Below, in pieces: positions 42,765-52,905 of a DNA stretch of 64,000 nucleotides. The position numbers were made by a program, and so were the translations under genes. The notes under the pieces were generated by a model. That model did not search any database, had not been told where the DNA came from, and worked only from the letters and a program-made list of their open reading frames with translations. The stretch's first letter is position 1. Every line of letters begins with the position of its first letter. The stretch is from an uncultured Planctomycetota bacterium (lineage in GTDB: Bacteria; Planctomycetota; Planctomycetia; Gemmatales; Gemmataceae), in contig CAWKHF010000006.1 in NCBI GenBank assembly GCA_963849325.1, positions 768,001-832,000 on the forward strand. The letters run 5' to 3'.

Positions 42765-43556
42765 TCACTCGCCGATCCAGGTCGGACGGCGTTTCTGCAG
42801 AAAGGCGCTCATGCCCTCCTGGGCGTCCCGGCACACCGCATTGTCGGTCATCACCTGCGTGGCCCGCTCGTACGCCCTCGACTCATCGAGGGCCAGCTGA
42901 TCGTAGAACGCCTGCTTGCCGATGCGCACAGTCAGAGGGCTTGAGGCCCGGATGGCGTCGGTGAATTCCTGGACGGCGGCATCCAGCTCGCCGGTAGGAA
43001 CGACGCGATTGACCAGTCCCCAGGCGAGGGCTTGCGCGGCGGAGATGGCCTTGCCGGTCAGCAGCATCTCCAGGGCGGCGCGCGGCGGGATGGCGCGTAC
43101 CAGCGGTACCATCGGCGTCGTGCAGAACAAACCAATTTTCACGCCCGGCGTGGCGAAGGTGGCGGCGTCGGCGGCGACGACCAGGTCGCAGGTGGCGACG
43201 AGCTGGCAGCCGGCTGCCGTCGCCAGGCCGTGGACCCGCGCAATCACCGGCTGCGGCAGGGCGCGGAATTGCTGCATCACCCGCGAACAGAGCGCGAACA
43301 GCTCGCGGTAATCCTCCTCGGAACAACCGACCATCTCACCCAGGTCGTGGCCGGCGCAGAAGGCCGGGCCTCGCGCCGCCAGGACGACGACACGCACCCG
43401 AGCATCGGCGGCGATGTCCTCGAGGATGGCGTTCAACTGCAACAGCAATTCCCGCGATAAGGCGTTGCGCTTGTCGGGACGGTTCAGCGTCAGGTGCATC
43501 ACCTCGTCACGCACCTCGGTCAGAAGGATCGGGGCGCTGGTGGCGACGGGTTGCAT
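42765..43556 (-). CDS. Enoyl-CoA hydratase/isomerase family protein
   Basis: [42 protein letters not shown]. Confidence 0.9.
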   Translation of the reverse strand: MQPVATSAPILLTEVRDEVMHLTLNRPDKRNALSRELLLQLNAILEDIAADARVRVVVLAARGPAFCAGHDLGEMVGCSEEDYRELFALCSRVMQQFRALPQPVIARVHGLATAAGCQLVATCDLVVAADAATFATPGVKIGLFCTTPMVPLVRAIPPRAALEMLLTGKAISAAQALAWGLVNRVVPTGELDAAVQEFTDAIRASSPLTVRIGKQAFYDQLALDESRAYERATQVMTDNAVCRDAQEGMSAFLQKRRPTWIGE

Positions 43557-43590
43557 GGAAAGTTCTCCTTTCGCCAGCCGCTTGCAGTTT

Positions 43591-43656
43591 GTTTAGCCGC
43601 GACGCGCAGCGGAGCGCGGAGCGTCTCCCGCGCTCCGCTGCGCGTCGCGGCTAAAC
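43591..43656. repeat. REP-like palindrome, family B
   Basis: Same core as 20456-20548. Confidence 0.9.
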
Positions 43657-43669
43657 GAAGAATGGACCC

Positions 43670-45131
43670 TTACAGCTGACGCATGAAGGCGACGAGTTGC
43701 TTCTTCTCCTCGGAGGACAGCTTCGTCTCCAGAATCAGGTTGAAGAACTCGACCGTGTCCTCCAGGGTCAGCAGGCGGCCATCGTGGAAGTACGGCGGCG
43801 ACTCCTTGATGCCGCGCAGCGGGAACGTCTTGATCGGACCCTGAGTGGTGGCATACAGGCCGTTGACGGTTCGCGGCGTGTAGAAGCGCTCGACCTGCAA
43901 ATCGTGCATGGTGTTGTCGGTGTAGTAGGGGGCCGGATGACAGGTGCCGCACTGCGCCTTGCCGAAGAACAGGTGTTGCCCCTTCATCTCGGCCGTGTCG
44001 GCGGCGAACTTCCTTGGGTCGAGCTTGCCGTCGATGCCGAGTCCGGGAGCGGGCGGGAAGGCGAGCAGTTCCTGGAACTCGGACATGAAATGCACCTGGC
44101 TGCCGCGCTCCAGCGGGTTGATGCCCTTGGCCGACGCCGAAACCTGGTCGCCGTCGAAGTAGGCGGCACGCTGCTCGAACTCCGTGAAGTCCTCGATGGT
44201 CTTCAGCGCTCGCTGCGAGCCGAACAGACGCTGAATGTGAACGCCGCGCAGGCTCGGCGTATCGAGGCGGCGGCGGTGCGATTGCGGGCGGATGTCGCCG
44301 ACCAGGTGCGTCGCGGCGGACGTGTGGCCGTTGACGTGACAGTCGAAACAAGTGACGCCTTGCATGCCGATGGCCTGCTCGGTCTTGCGATCGGCGGTGG
44401 CGTTGAACTGCTGCTGCGGAAACTGCGTGACGAGCAAACGAACGCCCTCCAGGTCCTTCGAATTGAGGATGCCGTTGAAGATCTCCTGGAAGTTCTCGAC
44501 CGTGACCAACTTGCCCTTGGAGACGTCGCCCAGGTCGGGCCGCGTGGTCAGGTAGATGGCTGGCGGGAACTCCGGCAGGAAATGCTCGGGGATGTCGAAA
44601 TCCAGATCGAAGCGCTGCAAGCGCGACAGCTGCTTGATCTCCATCTGCGGGAAGACCATGCCGCCGACCTCGTGATGCGGATGCGGCAGGGGCAGGAAGC
44701 CTTGCGGGAAGACGCCTTTGTCGCGGACCTCGTCGGGCGCCAGGGCGGCGAGTTGCGCCCACGTCATGCCGTCCGGCAGGCGCGTCGCCGGGCCGACGGG
44801 GATCGGCTTGCCGCGCGACATCTTCACCTTCTTGTCGGGCTGAGAGCGGAGGTCGTAGCGCTTTTCCAGGAGTTGGTGCTGCCGCGCCATGACCTTGTCC
44901 TTGGCCGCCTTGTCCTTGGCCATCATGGCCGCGAATGTCTCCTGGCCGAGCAGCACCGGGCTGATCTGGTCGTAACTGGTGCGAACGGGGGGTTGTCCGG
45001 CGCCGTCCTTCGGGCGCGTCGACGTCTCGTTTGGGCTGGGTCAGCGAGGGACGGGCCAGGTACAGGCACAGGAGGCAGACGGCCAACCACGGGAGCCATC
45101 GCCTCGTTTGCCAACGGTTTTCGACTTGCAT
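43670..45131 (-). CDS. Di-heme cytochrome c (peroxidase/MauG-like); frameshift ~44960-45000
   Basis: CFDCH and CGTCH; DTPSLRG; PPYFHDGR; signal peptide in ORF 43593..45143. Confidence 0.8.
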
Positions 45132-45238
45132 GAGGACCTCCACACGGAACGACGGAACAAGCGGTGGGACGAACGCTTGTGATCTTATTGCCGCGCCGGG
45201 CGGGAGGGTAGCAAGAAACCGTCGAGAAAGCGCTTCCG

Positions 45239-45299
45239 CGTTTAGCCGCGACGCGCAGCGGAGCGCGCAGAGCGCTCCGCTGCGCGTCGCGGCTAAACG
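45239..45299. repeat. REP-like palindrome, family B
   Basis: Same core as the other B copies. Confidence 0.9.
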
Positions 45300-45321
45300 A
45301 ACTCATTCGTAGACACGACGT

Positions 45322-46281
45322 TTACCGGCCCGGCCCGCCAGCCGGTTTCGACGGCGTCTCCGAGCGCGTGATCTCGGACTTGCGCACCGTCACCTCGCCC
45401 TTGTCGGTCTGCAGGACGAGCCAGCCGGGACGATCCTCCTTCACGGTGCCCGTGTACTTGTCGTTGCCCAGCCAGATGGTGATCTTGTCGCCCTTGGCGA
45501 AGGACGGTTCGCGGTCGGCGTAGGCGGCAGGGCCTTTGCGCAGCGACAGATCGCGCGACAGCGTCGCCGAGGAGGCGGCGCGGCCGGCGGCGGTATCGTA
45601 GCGGCGCAGGGCCGCGTCGGCGTAGTCCGACGAAGCCTCACGGGCAAGGACGGAAACCATCGCGTTCTTGAGACGGCCCTCGTCGCCCATGCCGAATTGT
45701 AGGCTGCGGACCACCGAATACGAGGTCGAGCCGACAGAGCCGGACGGGGAACGGCGGTAGCCGAGGCCACCGAAGGCGTAAGGGGAATAGATGCCGGAAC
45801 TGCCGTACCCACCATAGCCATATCCGCCATACCCATTCCCACCGTACCCGTAGCCGCCGTAACCGCCATAGCTGGTGTTGGAGCCACCGTAGCGGATCTG
45901 CGTGCCGTACAACTGCTCCTGCACGTAGCGGCGCTGCGGTTCCATGATCCGCTCGCTGTTGACGTACTGCTGCTTGAGACGCTGAAGGTCGTGAATGTAG
46001 GTCAATTCGTTCTCGGCACGCTCCAGATCGAAAGCGGCCAGGCGGTCGGCGGTCGAAAGCGCGCCCGACGTGACGTAGTGGACGCTGCGATTGGCGCCCT
46101 CGAAGACGACGATGCGGTGGACCGAGCCGGGGGGAGTGCGATCGGCGGTGTCCTTGGCGGCCGGGGCTTTCGCCCGGGCGGAGTGGGCCACGACGATGGG
46201 TTGCCCCTGGGCCGTCGCGGTCACGACCACACCGAGCAACAGCCCCAGCCCGCGGCCGAGGTGGACGGGGAGAGAACGCAT
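45322..46281 (-). CDS. Exported hypothetical protein with GYG-rich segment
   Basis: Start MRSLPVHL with signal-like segment; YGGYGGYGYGG repeat; the upstream extension of the ORF is antisense to the CDF gene. Confidence 0.7.
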   Translation of the reverse strand: MRSLPVHLGRGLGLLLGVVVTATAQGQPIVVAHSARAKAPAAKDTADRTPPGSVHRIVVFEGANRSVHYVTSGALSTADRLAAFDLERAENELTYIHDLQRLKQQYVNSERIMEPQRRYVQEQLYGTQIRYGGSNTSYGGYGGYGYGGNGYGGYGYGGYGSSGIYSPYAFGGLGYRRSPSGSVGSTSYSVVRSLQFGMGDEGRLKNAMVSVLAREASSDYADAALRRYDTAAGRAASSATLSRDLSLRKGPAAYADREPSFAKGDKITIWLGNDKYTGTVKEDRPGWLVLQTDKGEVTVRKSEITRSETPSKPAGGPGR

Positions 46282-46509
46282 GACAGTACCCTCTCTTGCA
46301 ATGAGGCTCCACGGTGCGGACTCATGAAGAGATACCTCATCGTTTATTGTAATCGCCGCCCAGTCATTCGCATAAGGAAAGTCGGTTTTTTCTTGGTCGC
46401 TCTTCCTCGGGCGGGCGGCGGTAGTGGCTGGCGGCATCGGCTCGTACAATAGCCCGCGAGGCGGCGGGCCGTCCGTTCGTCGTGTTTCCTTCTCCAGCGG
46501 ATGCGGCGC

Positions 46510-47452
46510 ATGCTGGAAGCGCGTTTGAAGGTCCCGATCCGGCTCTCCATCCTCGCGGCCGTGGCGACGATCGCCTTGAAGTCGGCGGCGTACATCCTGA
46601 CCGGCTCGGTGGGCCTGCTCTCCGACGCCGTCGAATCGCTGGTGAACCTGGTGGCGGCGGTGACGGCTTACCTGTCGCTGTGGTATGCGGCGCGTCCGGT
46701 CGATGAATCGCACACCTACGGACACGAGAAGATCGAGTTCTTCTCCAGCGGACTGGAAGGCGTGCTGATCGTCGTGGCGGCCCTGGCCATCGCCTGGTAC
46801 GCCGTGCATCGGCTGATCGTACCCGAGCCGCTGCAACCGCTCGGGCCGGGATTGCTGATGGCCCTCGTCGCCGCGGTCGTCAACGGCGCCGTGGCCCTCG
46901 TCCTGCTCCGCGCCGGCCGCAAGTACGGATCGATCGTCCTGGAAGCGGACGGCCGGCACTTGCTGACGGACGTGTGGACCAGCGGCGCCGTGCTCGCCGG
47001 GTTGGGCCTGGTCTGGCTGACGAATGTGCATGCGCTCGACCCGTTGATCGCCCTGGGCGTGTCGGCGAACATCGTTTGGACGGGGCTGGACCTGATTCGT
47101 CGCTCCTTCGACGGCCTGATGGATCACGCCTTGCCGGCCGCGGAGCAGGCGGCGGTGCGGGCGGCCATCGAGGAGCGCCTGGGGCCGGACATGGATTATC
47201 ACGCCCTGCGGACAAGGCAGGCCGGCCGGCGGCGCTTCGTCGATTTTCATCTGCTGGTGCCTGGCCGCCTGACCGTGCAGCAGGCGCATACGCTCACCGG
47301 CGCCATCGAGGAGGCGGTGCGCGGCGCTGCCGGAGCTGGAGGTATCGGTTCACATCGAGCCGATCGAGGACTCGACGGCGTGGCGCGACAGCGCCCTGCT
47401 GCCGCTGGAGCAGGCGCGGCGCGAACGGGGCGACGCGAACGCACAGTCCTAA
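46510..47452 (+). CDS. Cation diffusion facilitator (FieF-like); frameshift ~47325
   Basis: SVGLLSDAVES, HTYGHEKIE, ADGRHLLTD, AH..T; tail VHIEP in the shifted frame, stop 47450-47452. Confidence 0.88.
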
Positions 47453-47460
47453 TGCTCCTG

Positions 47461-47517
47461 TCCGAGCCGGAAGCGTAAGCGAAGGAGCAACAACTTCGCT
47501 TACGCTTCCGGCTCGGA
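47461..47517. repeat. REP-like palindrome, family A
   Basis: TCCGAGCCGGAAGCGTAAGCGAAG...CTTCGCTTACGCTTCCGGCTCGGA. Confidence 0.9.
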
Positions 47518-47536
47518 TAGACGGGAGACGTTATCC

Positions 47537-48370
47537 GTGAGTGTGCTGGAATTCACGAGTTTGATCGCGGCCGGGGCGATGGCGGCCGGCTTCCTGGGAT
47601 CGTTGACCGGCCTGGGCGGCGGCGTCATCATCGTGCCCATGCTGGTCCTGCTCAAGGTGGACATTCATTACGCCATCGGTGCCTCGCTGGTGTCGGTCAT
47701 CGCCACCTCGTCGGGGGCGGCGGCCGCCTACGTCAAGGAGGGCTACTCCAACATCCGCATCGGCATGTTGCTGGAAATCGCCACCACCTTCGGAGCGCTG
47801 ACCGGCGCCTACCTGACGACCGTGGCCCCTGCGGAAACGATCTCCATCGTCTTTGGCGTCGTCCTCCTCGTCTCCGCTTACCTGTCGGTGCGACAGCGGC
47901 GCCCGCGCACGGACACCGAGAAGGCCGACCCGGTCGCGGTTCGACTGCGGCTGGACGGCAGTTATCCAGGGCCGAAGGGCCGACAGGCTTATCACGTCCA
48001 TCGCGTGTCGCTGGGTTTCGGCCTGATGTACGTGGCCGGCTGCCTGTCGGGACTGCTCGGCATCGGCTCGGGCGCCCTGAAGGTGCTGGCCATGGACCAG
48101 GCCATGCGCATCCCCTTCAAGGTGTCCACGACGACGAGCAATTTCATGATCGGCGTCACCGCCGCCGCCAGCGCCGGCATCTACTTGCACCGCGGCTACA
48201 TTGACCCGGACCTGGCCATGCCGGTCATGCTCGGCGTCCTGGCCGGCTCGCTGCTGGGGGCGCGCGTGCTGATGGCCGTTCAAACGCGCCTGCTGCGGCG
48301 CGTCTTCGCCGTGGTCATCCTGGCCATGGCCGTCGAGATGATTTACAAGGGCTGCACCGGAGAGTTGTGA
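47537..48370 (+). CDS. Sulfite exporter TauE/SafE family protein
   Basis: GLGGGVIIVP; GLLGIGSG; STTTSNFMIGVT. Confidence 0.88.
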   Translation: MSVLEFTSLIAAGAMAAGFLGSLTGLGGGVIIVPMLVLLKVDIHYAIGASLVSVIATSSGAAAAYVKEGYSNIRIGMLLEIATTFGALTGAYLTTVAPAETISIVFGVVLLVSAYLSVRQRRPRTDTEKADPVAVRLRLDGSYPGPKGRQAYHVHRVSLGFGLMYVAGCLSGLLGIGSGALKVLAMDQAMRIPFKVSTTTSNFMIGVTAAASAGIYLHRGYIDPDLAMPVMLGVLAGSLLGARVLMAVQTRLLRRVFAVVILAMAVEMIYKGCTGEL

Positions 48371-48371
48371 C

Positions 48372-48791
48372 ATGGCCGAAACGCCGCGCCGGGACCCGCC
48401 CGATGGTCCCGCGCCCGACTGGAGCGATGAGGGGATCGACCAGGTCATCGGCAACCTGCTGCGGATCGGCGTGATCGTGTCCGCCCTCGTGGTCGCCGTC
48501 GGTGGGATGCTGTTCCTGGCGGAGAACGGCCGCAACGCGGCCCCCAACCTGGAGAAGTTCGAGCCGGAGGAGTTGCGCGGTCCCGGCGGCATCCTCCACG
48601 AGTGCGCCGCCGGGAACAGTCGCGGCCTCATCCTGCTCGGCCTTCTGCTGTTGATCGCTACGCCAGTGGCGCGGGTGATTTTCTCGGTCGCCGCCTTTGC
48701 CGTCCAGCGCGACTTGCTCTACGTCCTTTTCACCCTCGTCGTGCTGGCCGTACTCCTTTACAGTTTGTTCAACGGCTATTTTTCGGAATGA
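48372..48791 (+). CDS. DUF1634 membrane protein
   Basis: IGNLLRIGV; GLLLLIATPVARV; usual partner of TauE genes. Confidence 0.82.
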   Translation: MAETPRRDPPDGPAPDWSDEGIDQVIGNLLRIGVIVSALVVAVGGMLFLAENGRNAAPNLEKFEPEELRGPGGILHECAAGNSRGLILLGLLLLIATPVARVIFSVAAFAVQRDLLYVLFTLVVLAVLLYSLFNGYFSE

Positions 48792-48911
48792 CGCCGCCGC
48801 CGCGCCGCCGCGGCGTGGAGGAAATCCGTCTTTCCTCACGGGCGCGGAACCCTATAATGACGGTTTACCTGCCGGACGGATCGAAAGGAATTCTTTTGCG
48901 GGGGTGCGCTC

Positions 48912-49241
48912 ATGAGCTTGTGGGCCGTTTGGGGGTGGCTTCCCCCTTTGTTGAACGTCGTGCTGCTGATAATCGGCGTGTTTCTGATCCTGCTCGTGCT
49001 GATCCAGAAGGGCAAGGGCGGCGGTTTGGCTGGCGCCTTCGGCGGCTCCGGCGGCTCCAGCGCCTTCGGTTCCCGAGCCGGCGACACCTTCACGCGCATC
49101 ACCATCTACGTCGCGGCCGTGTGGATCTTACTCATCATGATCACCATCAAGGTCGTGCAGCCGACCACTCCTCTGCAACCGGATGCCGGCCAGGTGCAGC
49201 CGGTCTCTCCGAACCAACCGCCCGGCGAGGAAGAACAGTAA
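48912..49241 (+). CDS. secG: Preprotein translocase subunit SecG
   Basis: LVLIQKGKGGGLAGAFGG...FTRIT. Confidence 0.92.
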   Translation: MSLWAVWGWLPPLLNVVLLIIGVFLILLVLIQKGKGGGLAGAFGGSGGSSAFGSRAGDTFTRITIYVAAVWILLIMITIKVVQPTTPLQPDAGQVQPVSPNQPPGEEEQ

Positions 49242-49310
49242 TCAGGGGTCAGGGATCAGGGGTCAGGGGTCAGAAAAACCGGCAACTTCTCTTCTGACCC
49301 CTGATCCCTG
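49242..49310. repeat. Inverted heptamer repeat (TCAGGGG-like) hairpin
   Basis: TCAGGGG TCAGGGA TCAGGGG TCAGGGG TCAG...CTGACCCCTGATCCCTG. Confidence 0.75.
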
Positions 49311-49326
49311 TTCAGAGGAGGTGCGC

Positions 49327-50217
49327 GTGCTGTGCAGCATGACCGGCTACGGTGAGGCGAATTATCAAAGCGATGCCCTTCATCTGGCCATCGAACTGCG
49401 CGCCGTCAACAACCGCTACCTGAAAGTCAGCCTCCGCGCCGGCGAACCGTATAACCTGCTGGAGCCGGAGTTCGAGAAGGTCATCCGCCGCGTCGTCCGC
49501 CGCGGCACCATCCAGGTACATCTGCGCTGCCAGCGGCAGTTTTCCTCGCAGGACTTCCAGGTCAACGTCGTCGCCCTGCAAAGTTACGTCCGCCAGCTGC
49601 GCGAACAGGCGATCGCGTTGGGTCTGGCCGATCACGGCCAGGTGCTGCTGTCTCAGGTACTCGCCCTGCCCGGCGTCGTGCCCGAACCGGCCACCGCCGC
49701 CTTCCATCTGGAAGAAGAATGGCCGATGATGGAGCGCGTTCTCGACCAGGCGCTGGGACGCTTGCAGGCCATGCGGCAAGAAGAGGGACGGGCGATGGCT
49801 CAGGAGATGTTGCAGATGCGCGACCACATCGGCCGACATCTCGAGCACATCCGTCAGCGCGTGCCGTCCGTCGCCACGCTGTACCGCGATCGTCTTCTCG
49901 ACCGCGTGCGCAACCTGCTCGGCGAACTGGACGTGAAGCTCGATCGTAGTGACCTTATCAAGGAAGTCGCCATCTTCGCCGAGCGCAGCGACATCGCCGA
50001 GGAGGTAGTTCGCCTGGCCAGCCACCTCGATCAGTTTCAGGAGATCGTCAACGAACCGGAGAGCGCCGGCCGCAAACTCGAGTTTTTGACGCAGGAGATG
50101 TTCCGCGAGACCAACACCATCGGCTCCAAGGCCGGCGACGTGGAAATCTCCCGCCACGTGGTCGAAATCAAAGGTACACTCGAAAAGGTCCGCGAACTGG
50201 TGCAAAACATCGAATAA
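49327..50217 (+). CDS. yicC: YicC/YloC family endoribonuclease
   Basis: SMTGYG, VNNRYL, DIAEEVVRL, GRKLEFLTQEMFRETNTIGSK, RELVQNIE. Confidence 0.92.
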   Translation: MLCSMTGYGEANYQSDALHLAIELRAVNNRYLKVSLRAGEPYNLLEPEFEKVIRRVVRRGTIQVHLRCQRQFSSQDFQVNVVALQSYVRQLREQAIALGLADHGQVLLSQVLALPGVVPEPATAAFHLEEEWPMMERVLDQALGRLQAMRQEEGRAMAQEMLQMRDHIGRHLEHIRQRVPSVATLYRDRLLDRVRNLLGELDVKLDRSDLIKEVAIFAERSDIAEEVVRLASHLDQFQEIVNEPESAGRKLEFLTQEMFRETNTIGSKAGDVEISRHVVEIKGTLEKVRELVQNIE

Positions 50218-50218
50218 A

Positions 50219-50309
50219 AGTTCTGAGTTCTGAGTTCTGAGTTCTGAGTGAAAACGAGATTCAGAACTCAGAACTCAGAACTCAGAACTCAGAACTCAGA
50301 ACTCAGAAA
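50219..50309. repeat. Inverted heptamer arrays (AGTTCTG)4 / (TCAGAAC)6+
   Basis: Read directly; fills the yicC-gmk intergenic space. Confidence 0.9.
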
Positions 50310-50894
50310 ATGGCAAAGGCGCCGTTGATTATCCTGGCCGGGCCGAGCGGCAGCGGCAAGTCCACCATCATTGCCCGTCTGCTCCAGGACGGACGACTGC
50401 CGTTGCGGCTGTCGGTGTCGGCCACCACCCGCCGGCCGCGCCCCTATGAGCGCGACGGCGTTCATTACTGGTTCTGGACGCCCGAGCAGTTTCAGAAGCA
50501 GTTGCAGGCCGGCGCCTTCCTCGAATGGGCCGAGGTGAACGGACAGCGATACGGCACCTTGCGCTGCGAAGTGGACGCCTACCGGAACAAGGGCGTCGGC
50601 GTCCTGCTGGACATCGACGTACAGGGGGCCGCCCAGGTGCGGGCGCGCTATCCCGATTGCCTTTCCCTTTTCCTGCGAACGTCGTCGTGGGAGGTGTATG
50701 AGCAGCGTCTGCGGAAGCGCGGCACGGAAACCGAGGAGCAAATCGCTCGCCGGTTGGCCACGGCCCAGCGCGAGCTGGAACGAATCCACGAGTTCGATCA
50801 CGTGATTGTCAATGACGATCTGGACTCCGCGGTCTGTCAGGTCCGCGGCCTGATCGCACAGGCTTTTCCGAAAGGGAATGGCAATGCTGGATGA
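50310..50894 (+). CDS. gmk: Guanylate kinase
   Basis: [30 protein letters not shown]. Confidence 0.95.
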   Translation: MAKAPLIILAGPSGSGKSTIIARLLQDGRLPLRLSVSATTRRPRPYERDGVHYWFWTPEQFQKQLQAGAFLEWAEVNGQRYGTLRCEVDAYRNKGVGVLLDIDVQGAAQVRARYPDCLSLFLRTSSWEVYEQRLRKRGTETEEQIARRLATAQRELERIHEFDHVIVNDDLDSAVCQVRGLIAQAFPKGNGNAG

Positions 50895-51165
50895 ACTGAA
50901 GGAAGAGGCCATCGTCAACAAGGTGGGTGGCCGTTTCAAGCTGTCGACGCTGATCCAGAAGCGGATGGTGGCGCTGAACACCGGCGCTCGGCCGCTGGTC
51001 GAAGTGCGCGGCGGCGACAAGATGGCCATCGTCATTCAAGAAATCTTGCAGGACAAGATTTATCTGGACACGTCGGGTCAGGTGCAAGCGCGTGGCGTTA
51101 GCGCCAGCGACGCCGCCCGCCGGGCCATGCTCGGCGACATCTCCGCCGACCTCGGCGGCGACTGA
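50884..51165 (+). CDS. rpoZ: RNA polymerase omega subunit
   Basis: [15 protein letters not shown]...EI; position after gmk. Confidence 0.85.
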   Translation: MLDELKEEAIVNKVGGRFKLSTLIQKRMVALNTGARPLVEVRGGDKMAIVIQEILQDKIYLDTSGQVQARGVSASDAARRAMLGDISADLGGD

Positions 51166-51187
51166 AGCCAGATCGAAGGGGGACGTC

Positions 51188-52639
51188 ATGGCCGAAGCAA
51201 CCGACCGTCCGCGGGGCGCCGCCGGGGCGACCCCCGCCCCGGGGCTGGGGACAACCGCGCCCGAACCGTATCGCCCGTTGTCGCTGCTGGCCCTGGTCGC
51301 CTTCGCGGGGGCGGTCGTCTACGCCCTGATCGTGGCGGCGGGCGCCGTGGTTGCCCTGTTCAATCGGATACCCTGGTTGATGCCGGGCTGGTCCTTTCTC
51401 TTGCCCATCCTCGTTCTGGTCCTTTGCTGGGTGGCCCGCGCACGCATCCGCGGCTCCGAGGGAACGCTGGGCGGCCTGGCCTTCACCGCCTGGGGCGTGC
51501 GCCTGACCGTCGTGGTCGGACTCACCTACGCCGCCTATTACGGCTTCACCTTTTTCGCCGTGAGCTTGCAGGCCAAGGACTGCGCCAACCAGTTCTTCGA
51601 CCAGCTCAAGCAGGGCCACACGGAACGCGCCTTTCTGCTCGGCATGGACGTCGCCGCCAAGGACATTGACGACGCCGACCTGCGCAATACGCTGGAGTTC
51701 CGCTTTAACTCCCCCACCGGCCCCGGCGGCTCCGGCGGCGCCTTCACCACGTTCCGGCAAAGCCCCCTCGTCCGCGCCATCGAGTCCGGCGGCGGCGCCA
51801 CGCGCATCGCGCCGTTGGGTGTCAGCGATTGGAGTTACCAGCAGGGCGGCTACCGCGTCCTCCTCAAGTACGAGGTGTCCACGCCCCTGATGGCCGTCGA
51901 GATGGCGGTGGAGACGTTCGGTCGCGACAGCAAGACCGGCGGCCGGCAATGGCAGGTCATGCTCAACCGAGGCGACACGCGCCTCATCCCCGAGACCATG
52001 AAACTCACCCCGGCGGGGGCGGAGTGGATGCAAAAGGCGATGTTGGCCCAGAATTTTGCTTCCACCTGGCAGGACAAGGTCAATCAACGTCTCTGGACGG
52101 ACGTGTATCTGGATACCCTCAAGCCCTCCCAGCGCGAGCGGTTGCACAAGGGCCGGCAGGTGCTGCGCGTGCTGCCGGCGGTGTCGCTGGCCGGCCTGGC
52201 TCCGCTGGGTCTGTGGGACCAATCCTGTCTCGAACTTCTGGATGGCTCGCGGAAGCTCGCCGAGGGCAAGCTGATCCGCATCGACGACAAAACCTTCTGG
52301 ACCAGCAAGCTCGAGCGCAAGGCTATCCTGGCGAACCTCCAGCAGACCTTTCACCCTCGATCCGACGGCAAGGCCCGCTTCACCCTCCAGCTTCAGAAGA
52401 CGCAGATGCCGCCGTCGCGCACGGCCGGGGATGAGTTGACTTTCCTCCTCGACGCCGTTCTGACGTACCTGGACGAGACCGGATCGCGGCCCAAGTATCT
52501 CGTCCAGGCCCAGGTCGCCGTGACGGCGGAGCAAAACGAGGCCGATCGTTCTCCGTCGGCCTGGCGCATTGAGGCCATCGAGATCAGCAGCGGCCGCACG
52601 CCGCCGGAGCCGCCACAGAAAGGGCGCCTGGGAGGCTGA
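51188..52639 (+). CDS. Hypothetical membrane protein
   Basis: YRPLSLLA followed by three TM segments and a soluble C-terminal domain. Confidence 0.7.
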   Translation: MAEATDRPRGAAGATPAPGLGTTAPEPYRPLSLLALVAFAGAVVYALIVAAGAVVALFNRIPWLMPGWSFLLPILVLVLCWVARARIRGSEGTLGGLAFTAWGVRLTVVVGLTYAAYYGFTFFAVSLQAKDCANQFFDQLKQGHTERAFLLGMDVAAKDIDDADLRNTLEFRFNSPTGPGGSGGAFTTFRQSPLVRAIESGGGATRIAPLGVSDWSYQQGGYRVLLKYEVSTPLMAVEMAVETFGRDSKTGGRQWQVMLNRGDTRLIPETMKLTPAGAEWMQKAMLAQNFASTWQDKVNQRLWTDVYLDTLKPSQRERLHKGRQVLRVLPAVSLAGLAPLGLWDQSCLELLDGSRKLAEGKLIRIDDKTFWTSKLERKAILANLQQTFHPRSDGKARFTLQLQKTQMPPSRTAGDELTFLLDAVLTYLDETGSRPKYLVQAQVAVTAEQNEADRSPSAWRIEAIEISSGRTPPEPPQKGRLGG

Positions 52640-52688
52640 GCAGGAAGAAGGGTCATGCCCCCTCCCTCCGGTGCTTCCCAGCGATAAC

Positions 52689-52716
52689 TTGACGGCGCCA
52701 CCGGCTGCCGTAAACT
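52689..52716 (+). promoter_or_regulatory. Sigma70-type promoter for the tRNA
   Basis: TTGACG-16 nt-TAAACT about 80 nt upstream of the tRNA. Confidence 0.6.
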
Positions 52717-52793
52717 GCTAGTGCCCAGACAAGCGAGTTCCCGTCCGAGCCGGAAACGGAAGCGAAGGAAGACGGACGAAAGAGCGAAACCAC

Positions 52794-52905
52794 GGCCAAG
52801 TGGCGGAATTGGCAGACGCGCTGGACTTCATCATCGTTGCATGATCGGTGCAGCAAAATCCAGTGCCCGCAAGGGCGTGTGGGTTCGAGTCCCACCTTGG
52901 CCACC
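52794..52905 (+). tRNA. tRNA-Leu (most likely CAA) interrupted by a 26-nt insert in the anticodon loop
   Basis: Acceptor GGCCAAG/CTTGGCC+A; D arm TGGCGGAATTGGCAGACGC; anticodon stem CTGGA/TCCAG enclosing 33 nt; long variable arm GCCC-GCAA-GGGC; T arm GTGGG-TTCGAGT-CCCAC. Confidence 0.9.

Noticed and set aside
50219-50309. Possible CRISPR array
   Set aside because: Contiguous 7-mers with no unique spacers; no cas genes in the window.
52826-52858. tRNA-Sec or UGA suppressor (CT-TCA), or archaeal-type bulge-helix-bulge intron
   Set aside because: The body is Leu-type (7-bp acceptor, A discriminator). A 37/38 cut would leave a pyrimidine at position 37, and I could not form a canonical 3-4-3 BHB. 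Kept only as alternative registers.
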